Positions 58,097 through 64,000 of a DNA stretch of 64,000 nt are shown here, in pieces; position 1 is the stretch's first letter; every line of letters starts with the position of its first letter. Position numbers and translations under genes: made by a program. Origin of the DNA: Candidatus Latescibacterota bacterium (GTDB taxonomy: Bacteria; Latescibacterota; UBA2968; UBA8231); the NCBI GenBank assembly GCA_965242865.1, contig CBDETK010000013.1, positions 4,256,001 through 4,320,000 on the forward strand. Direction: 5' to 3'. Below the pieces are notes generated by a model. That model did no database searches. It was not told the DNA's origin and was given only the letters and a program-made list of their open reading frames with translations.

Positions 58097-58267
58097 ATGG
58101 CTAAATCCCATAGCGGAGGCGGTAAAGCTGGTGCTGACAATCGCGCCAATCAGTTGAACCCCAATAACGATGTTTATTGGCAAGAGCGAGGCCACAAGCA
58201 GAGGCCCGATGATTGGGAATCGCGTAAAAGTCAAGGCCAGCAGAACCCCAAAGACAAGGGCAAGTGA
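58097..58267 (+). CDS. 56-aa hydrophilic small protein (not in the ORF track)
   Basis: Perfect SD AAGGAGGT; MAKSHSGGGKAGADNRANQLNPNNDVYWQERGHKQRPDDWESRKSQGQQNPKDKGK*. Confidence 0.75.
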   Translation: MAKSHSGGGKAGADNRANQLNPNNDVYWQERGHKQRPDDWESRKSQGQQNPKDKGK

Positions 58268-58274
58268 TTGAGTA

Positions 58275-58317
58275 GTAGGGGGTGACCGCTGTATTTCTTT
58301 TAATGGTCGCCCCCTAC
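58275..58317. repeat. 13-bp inverted repeat (GTAG...CTAC; REP-like or terminator stem)
   Basis: GTAGGGGGTGACC-N17-GGTCGCCCCCTAC. Confidence 0.65.
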
Positions 58318-58474
58318 CAATCCGCCTCATACTTGTTTTTCTCGATGCGTCGCACTTCGCGGCTCAATAGTCGCATTCTGATCCTTTTAGGATCGTGCTA
58401 TGACGCGCTTTTCAAGACACTAGCAGGGCGATATAGGATCGTCCCTGTGAGATCAATTGTGAAAAGGAGAAGTC

Positions 58475-60031
58475 ATGATCAAGCTACATTTCTTTGGAGG
58501 TGCCAACGAGGTTGGTGCTTCCTGTACGTTAGTCGAGATCGACGGATACCGTATTCTGGTAGATGCAGGCATTCGAATGGGACTTGAGAAAAGTTCAAAG
58601 TACCCTGATTTCGATGCTTTGGACAAACCCGATGCTCTACTGTTGACCCACGCTCATAGCGACCACACGGTTACTCTGCCTGTGCTTGCACAGAAGAACA
58701 GGTTGCCCGAAAAGGTGTACTGTACGCCTGTGACGCGAGAGATTGCATGGGTGCTGTTAGACGATGCTGTGAAACGGGAAGAGCGTGAGTCGCCTGAGCT
58801 ACCTGAGTACACTTTTAACGATGTTCGTGAAGCCTTAAGCCGCATGGAGTTGGTGAAGTGGATGAGACCCGTACCGATATGCGATGGCGTGACAGCTACG
58901 TGGATTCGCGCCGGTCACATTTTGGGCGCGGCAATGATCTATATCCAGGGCAAGCGGGAAAGTATTCTGATGACAGGTGATGTATCGACTGCCGATCAGT
59001 TGACTATTCCCGGCATGGTTATTCCAGAGCAGTGTCGTCCCGATGTGGTAGTGATGGAATCGACTTACGGCAATCGCCGACATAAAAATCGCGCACAACA
59101 AGAAGCTGCGCTTGTACGGGATGTGGCCAAGGTGGTTAAAGCAGGAGGCAAAGTGCTAATCCCAGCGTTTGCCGTGGCCCGTTCTCAGGAGGTCATTCAG
59201 CTCTTGAAACGGAAGCAGATTCCGGTGTACGTTGATGGGATGGTGCAAAAGGTCAATGAGGTATATTCGCGTTTTGTTCGTGATCTCTCGCCGTCCTTGC
59301 AATACAAAGCGAAAGACGGTGAGGATATTTTTTACTCATCTTTCGTGGAGAAGGTGAATCCAAACAAGCGCGATAGCATTTTGTCTGGGTCTCCCTGTTG
59401 TATTGTGGCGTCTTCGGGGATGCTGAACGGTGGTATGTCGAATTATTACGCCAAGCGTTTAGCTGGTGATCCGAAGAATCTGATCGCAATTACGGGTTAT
59501 CAGGCTGAAGGAACTCCTGGCCGCAAGTTGCAGGATGAGCATGTCCTGAATCTTGATGGACAGGAGGTGAGGGTAAAATGCAAAGTGAAGCGATACTCTC
59601 TTTCGGCTCACGCGGATCAGAAAGAACTGACGGAATTGGTCGAGAAACTGAATCCGCACACATGCTTTCTCGTACACGGTGATGACCCCGCGAGGAAGAA
59701 CTTAGCTGAATCCGTGCGAAAAAGGTCTCCGGCTGTGGATGTGCAACTCCCCGAAAATAACGGCGAATATACCTACACTAAACGAGCAGGCATTGCAGAA
59801 GGAAGACGGCTCCGTCTTGACAATCTCTCTGAGGTATATGCCTATCTGATGGCAAGAGGAGCGAAGGGGCCATTTCGCGTGCGAGAATTGGCCGAGATAT
59901 GGTTTGGAACAGAGAGGACGACGCTAAAAAAAGAGAAGCTGTTTGGGTTGCTTTTAGCGTTGGATTGGCAAACGCTTTTTGTACGAGACAGCCAATCACC
60001 CGATCTGTTCCGTTTGAGACGAACTGTTTAA
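58475..60031 (+). CDS. MBL-fold beta-CASP ribonuclease (YSH1/CPSF73-like)
   Basis: GGANEVGASC, DAG, THAHSDH, AGHILG, TGD, ESTYG, SSGML, GYQAEGTPGR, SAHAD, LVHGD. Confidence 0.92.
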   Translation: MIKLHFFGGANEVGASCTLVEIDGYRILVDAGIRMGLEKSSKYPDFDALDKPDALLLTHAHSDHTVTLPVLAQKNRLPEKVYCTPVTREIAWVLLDDAVKREERESPELPEYTFNDVREALSRMELVKWMRPVPICDGVTATWIRAGHILGAAMIYIQGKRESILMTGDVSTADQLTIPGMVIPEQCRPDVVVMESTYGNRRHKNRAQQEAALVRDVAKVVKAGGKVLIPAFAVARSQEVIQLLKRKQIPVYVDGMVQKVNEVYSRFVRDLSPSLQYKAKDGEDIFYSSFVEKVNPNKRDSILSGSPCCIVASSGMLNGGMSNYYAKRLAGDPKNLIAITGYQAEGTPGRKLQDEHVLNLDGQEVRVKCKVKRYSLSAHADQKELTELVEKLNPHTCFLVHGDDPARKNLAESVRKRSPAVDVQLPENNGEYTYTKRAGIAEGRRLRLDNLSEVYAYLMARGAKGPFRVRELAEIWFGTERTTLKKEKLFGLLLALDWQTLFVRDSQSPDLFRLRRTV

Positions 60032-60049
60032 GCGCAGTTCAGAACCTGA

Positions 60050-60090
60050 AGAAGTGCCCCGGCAAAAGCTGTCGGGGCACTTCTCATTTT
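60050..60090. terminator. Probable (bidirectional) intrinsic terminator
   Basis: AGAAGTGCCCCGGCA-aaagc-TGTCGGGGCACTTCT then CATTTT, between convergent genes. Confidence 0.7.
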
Positions 60091-60163
60091 ATAGCAGAGA
60101 TAATCTTGCCAGCAATGGGGATTCCAAAAAGATCACCGCGCCGTTTCTACTCCTGTGAATACG

Positions 60164-60788
60164 TCATAGCCGGGCGGCTGCGTCCTGTGCGGCACCGAGT
60201 GCGCGCAATGGCACGACCTTGACCTGTGCGTCAAGGGCGTATGACTTCTGGCCGGGGTACACGATAATGACCCGTTCGAGCTTTAGATCGTCGAGGGCCG
60301 TGCGGATGGAGCGGGTCAGGCGCGGCGCGTCCGTGCGCTTGCATTCGACGCCTAGCCAGCGGCCATTCTGGCGCAGCACGAGGTCTATTTCAGCCCCCTG
60401 ATGGGTGCTCCAGAAAAAGGCCTCCTCCGGCTGCAGCAAGGCAAGCAACTGCTCGATGACAAAACCCTCCCACGACGCGCCGAGGCTGGGGTGGTTCATC
60501 AGTTCGCCCTCCGTCCGAATGGCGAGCAACTGGTGCAATAGAGTCCGGTCGCCGCTGCACTTCGTCTATGACGACGAGACCGCGTAGCGTCTCCAGCGCG
60601 GTCATTGGCTGATCGAGCCGAGCGAGGCTGACCGGATCCTCCAAGTCAAAGTAGTTGGCTGAATCCTCCCGCACGAACTGGCGGGCGAGGGTGGTTTTGC
60701 CGCATTGGCGCGGGCCGACGAGCAGCACCAACGGGCTTCTGGACAGGGCCGTATGCAAACGATCAATGGGCTGTGGGCGCGGAATCAT
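60164..60788 (-). pseudogene. AAA_14/DUF4143 ATP-binding protein pseudogene (internal deletion plus frameshift)
   Basis: N-part GPRQCGKTT...IDEVQRRPD joins out of frame to C-part LLHQLL...GASWEGFVIEQ...GAEIDL...VECK; central region missing. Confidence 0.85.
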
Positions 60789-60866
60789 ACGCCAAAATAT
60801 AATGAAAATCGACAGGGCGAGCACCGATTTTCATGGTTAAAGCCCATCTGAGTGTTCGGCGCGTTC

Positions 60867-62687
60867 TCAATCGTCGTCTTCGCGCTCGCTGAGCAGCTCG
60901 CCGCGCTGGAGCCGCTCGGCGTTTTGGGTGGACCAGAGGATGTTCTTCATCACCTTTTGCGCGGTGATGTAGCGGGTTGCGGCCAACAGGTGGACGCGCT
61001 TTTCCGCCGGGTCGCTGCTCAAGTCGTAGTGCCGGAACGCGGCTTCGAGCACTTGGAACATGTGCAACTCAGCGTCTTCGCGGAGCATGATGTGGGCCAA
61101 GGCGTGGCGGAGCTGGGTGATATCGCGCTCTTCTGCGAGATACTGGCTGACGAGGAGCTCGGCCTCAAAGACCTTTTGGAAGTCGGCCAATTCCCCTAAG
61201 CGCTGGAGCATGGCCTCGCTGGAGGCGAAGTCCTCGCCAAGCGTTTGTCCAAGCTGGGGGACGCGCGCGGCCGGCATGTTGAGCCAGCGCAGGTACGTGA
61301 GAAAGACTGCGCCGTGGAAAATGGCACGCAACAGCTCCTTGCTGGCGGCGTAGTGGAAGGCCGCGTATAGCGCGTGGGCGTAGGAGTAGATGTTGGCCAC
61401 GTCGTGCCAATCGCCCTCGTTTTTGAGGTGGAAGCGCAGGGTGCGCAATGCGCTGGCATAGGTCATGGCGCGGCAGAGCTGGGTCGGCGGCACGCCGGCG
61501 CGCAGAGCCTTTTCGACGCGGGCGAGGATGGGTTCAAAGTCGTCGCCGAGCATGACTTGGGCAAAGGCGGAGATGTCGAGGGAGGCTTCGTTGCGCTGGT
61601 TGTCCTCCCAGATCGCGTCTAGGCGCGAGAAAATGCTTTCCAAGGCCGGCAGGCTGTCGGCCCAGCGCGAAGTCTCTTCGTGGCGAGTGCGGCTGACCAA
61701 ATCAACGACGATCGGGCGGAGGATCTCGTGGGCGCCGACCCAGTCCACGTAGTTGAGGGCCTCGAACATCTTGTTGGCAAAGTCGAGGGCATGCCCGTCG
61801 CCAGTGAAGTAGAAGTCCGTGGCGGCCGTAAAGACAAAATCCGCGAGGGTTTCCCGGCCGCAGTCGCGGTCGTGCAAGGTGAGCAAGATGCGCTCGGCCG
61901 CGCCGTGGTGCCGCTGATCGACAAAGGTGCGAAACCAGCGCTTGAGGGTGGCCAAATTTTGGTCGCCCTCGGTGCGGGGAAAGGGGAAGCGCTGGCGGCG
62001 CGACGAGCCAGAGGTGCGCCGCGCAATCTGGGTCAAGCCGTGGACGAGGAAGAGATTTTGGTCGGCCTCGGCAATGTCGTCCCACAAGTTCGCCGCGAGG
62101 GTTAGGATGGCGACGCCCGACGACCAGCCTTCGCTGGTTTTGTGCGCGCCGTAGTAAAGGCCCTGCTGGATGATTTCCTGTGGGGTGGCCCCGGTCTGGC
62201 GGAGGGCGGCGACCGCTTTGGCGATGAGGAAGGAACTGCGGTCCTTGAGCCCTTGCTCGAGGGTGCGCTTGCCGCGCGCCACGAGCCGCCGGCGGGCCTC
62301 TTCCCGCTCGCCGGGCGGGATGCCGACCCAGGCGCACCCGTCGTCGCGCACCTCCACGGGAAAGGCTTTTAGGTCGTCGCCCGAAGTCAGCAGGCAGCCG
62401 CCGGTCTTCAGGTCGAATTCCCAGTGGTGCCAGTGGCATATAAGCACCCCGTCGCGGATGCTGCCTTTGGACATGGGGTAGCCCATGTGCGGGCAGCGAT
62501 TGTCAACGGCGTGCAAGGACCCCTCGTAGAGAAAAACCGCGAGGTGAATGCCTGCGACGGTAAAGGCCCGGCCCTCGCCGGCGGCAAATTCGCGGGCCGG
62601 TGCGAGCCGGTGATAGACGCAGGCCGCTGGGTCGACATCAATCGGCGGCCGCACTTGGCTTAGGTCGAGCTGTGGAGCGGTGGACAT
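60867..62687 (-). CDS. Rieske [2Fe-2S] domain protein with long helical C-terminal region
   Basis: NRCPHMG...CHWHHWEFD; SD GGAGG upstream of the ATG at 62687. Confidence 0.88.
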   Translation of the reverse strand: MSTAPQLDLSQVRPPIDVDPAACVYHRLAPAREFAAGEGRAFTVAGIHLAVFLYEGSLHAVDNRCPHMGYPMSKGSIRDGVLICHWHHWEFDLKTGGCLLTSGDDLKAFPVEVRDDGCAWVGIPPGEREEARRRLVARGKRTLEQGLKDRSSFLIAKAVAALRQTGATPQEIIQQGLYYGAHKTSEGWSSGVAILTLAANLWDDIAEADQNLFLVHGLTQIARRTSGSSRRQRFPFPRTEGDQNLATLKRWFRTFVDQRHHGAAERILLTLHDRDCGRETLADFVFTAATDFYFTGDGHALDFANKMFEALNYVDWVGAHEILRPIVVDLVSRTRHEETSRWADSLPALESIFSRLDAIWEDNQRNEASLDISAFAQVMLGDDFEPILARVEKALRAGVPPTQLCRAMTYASALRTLRFHLKNEGDWHDVANIYSYAHALYAAFHYAASKELLRAIFHGAVFLTYLRWLNMPAARVPQLGQTLGEDFASSEAMLQRLGELADFQKVFEAELLVSQYLAEERDITQLRHALAHIMLREDAELHMFQVLEAAFRHYDLSSDPAEKRVHLLAATRYITAQKVMKNILWSTQNAERLQRGELLSEREDDD

Positions 62688-62940
62688 GAGGGTTGCCTCC
62701 TGTTCCTGTAGAAGAATGGATGGGTGGCAGGAATATGCGCGATTGGGTGGTGGGAGGCCAACCGGGGGCGGGGGGGGTGTGTTGACGTACGGGGGTGAGG
62801 GGGGGCATGTTCTGGAGGATGGGGTTGTTTTGTTTGTGAAACCTGTACAGCACGGGGACGGATCCGCCCCGCCCCTGAAACCCGCACAGGGGCGGGTTTC
62901 TACGGGGGGGTTGGGCAGCAAATAAAAAAAGGAGGTTTTT

Positions 62941-63435
62941 ATGACGTTGCGAATTCTGTTGGTGGGCGCGCTTTTTTTGGGGGGGGTGGTTGCCGAAGAG
63001 GGGGGGGCGCGGAGCAAGCGCGTGAGGCAGGTTCCCAATGGCTCGGCCGCGAGCTGCAACACCTGCCACACGGCGGGCAGTGGATCGCCGCTCAATCCGT
63101 TTGGCGTGGAGACCCTAAATTTCCTCACCTCGGCTGGTCCCGCCGGGGACGTGATTTGGGGGCCAGTGCTGGCGGCCTTGGACTCTGATGGCGACGGCGC
63201 GGCCAATGGCGCGGAACTGGGCGACCCCGACGGCACTTGGGTGGTGGGCGATCCCAATCCCGAAGGGACGCACGACGATGACGTAAAGGAAGACCCCGAC
63301 GAAGGCGATTCTACCGCCGGGCAGGTGTTCAATCCCGGCGATCCCGACAGCACCCCGCCGCTCGCGCCGCACGACACGGCGGTTGGGGAAGCGACTTGGG
63401 CATGGATCAAGCAGCGGCTGGACGCCCTCGACTGA
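62941..63435 (+). CDS. Secreted CxxCH protein with temptin-like DSDGDG/ELGDP motif
   Basis: SD AGGAGG; signal peptide; VPNG...CNTCH...LNPFG...W...LDSDGDG..NG.ELGDP. Confidence 0.75.
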   Translation: MTLRILLVGALFLGGVVAEEGGARSKRVRQVPNGSAASCNTCHTAGSGSPLNPFGVETLNFLTSAGPAGDVIWGPVLAALDSDGDGAANGAELGDPDGTWVVGDPNPEGTHDDDVKEDPDEGDSTAGQVFNPGDPDSTPPLAPHDTAVGEATWAWIKQRLDALD

Positions 63436-63477
63436 GGCGGGGCGGATGCGGCGGTTGAGTTGCGAGGTGGCAAGGTG

Positions 63478-64000
63478 ATGGAAAACAGCAGAGAGCAGCA
63501 TTTCGCCATTGAGGGCATGCACTGCGCGGGCTGCGTGCGGCAGGTCGAGCAGCAGGTGGCTGGTTTGGCCGGCGTGGAACAGGCCGACGTGAACTTGGCG
63601 ACCGAGCAGATGGCCGTGCGCTTTGACCCGGCGGCTGTAGATGAGGAAAGCATTGCCGCGGCCGTGGCAAAAGCGGGGTTTGCGGCGCGGCTGCAAGCAT
63701 CCGAAGCCGAAGGGGCCGCTAGGCGTCAGGCGCGCAAGCAGGCCGCGCTCGCCGCGCAGGCCGGGGCCTTGCGGTGGGCGGCTGCGTTTTGGCTGCCGCT
63801 CTTCGCGGTGGAGATGGCCGAGCAGCTGGGCGCATCGCTGGCAGCCCTGTCCTTGGCCCAGCATCCGTTGCGGGTGGGCGTTTTGCACCTGCTGTTGGTG
63901 CTGCCGGTGCTGTGGGTGGGCCGCTCGATTTACGTTGAGGGGGGACAGGCTTTGTGGCGCGGTCGCCCCAACATGTTTTCGCTAATCGCCATTGGCACGG
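63478..64000 (+). CDS. copA: Cu(I)-type P1B ATPase, 5' part (runs off window)
   Basis: Manual translation MENSREQHFAIEGMHCAGCV...ADVNLATE (HMA domain), TM helices, then RGRPNMFSLIAIGT. Confidence 0.85.
   Translation, partial: MENSREQHFAIEGMHCAGCVRQVEQQVAGLAGVEQADVNLATEQMAVRFDPAAVDEESIAAAVAKAGFAARLQASEAEGAARRQARKQAALAAQAGALRWAAAFWLPLFAVEMAEQLGASLAALSLAQHPLRVGVLHLLLVLPVLWVGRSIYVEGGQALWRGRPNMFSLIAIGT

Noticed and set aside
62688-63653. 928-aa extended version of the Rieske ORF
   Set aside because: Extension is low-complexity antisense to the CxxCH gene and copA; SD supports the ATG at 62687

Overview
GC-rich diderm bacterial chromosome segment. Gene content (TonB-dependent receptor, T9SS-type CTD protein, PorV, group II GGGP synthase, a 'TW..IK' C-terminal tail) suggests an FCB-related lineage such as Latescibacterota; this is inference only. 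(1) 149-20372 is a co-directional cluster: peptide ABC binding protein, two small hypotheticals, an orphan GlmL/MutL-family ASKHA ATPase, a barrel-sandwich/KOW protein, four membrane proteins (one DUF6754-like), TonB-dependent receptor, CTD protein, PorV-like barrel, TPR lipoprotein and two ABC permeases with no ABC ATPase. It is the best candidate for an undescribed envelope-spanning uptake or energising system. (2) 20-37 kb is housekeeping: lysA, carbamoyltransferase+SxtJ-like, tadA, three tRNAs, large Alu-type SRP RNA, dnaX, recR, pgsA, pgpA, recA, recX, alaS, GGGP synthase, ptsH, ptsI, metK. (3) 37-64 kb is accessory: a lipoprotein gene split by an in-frame TGA, htrA, a degenerate GH78-like gene, two AT-rich Panacea antitoxin/membrane-protein modules sharing a 35-nt upstream motif, hemH, a cusCBA-type operon led by a Cys-rich candidate leader peptide, an AT-richer three-gene islet with a beta-CASP nuclease, a deleted AAA/DUF4143 pseudogene, a Rieske protein, a CxxCH/temptin-like protein and the start of copA. 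No CRISPR array, rRNA, integrase or transposase was seen. All family calls come from motif recognition by eye, not database searches.
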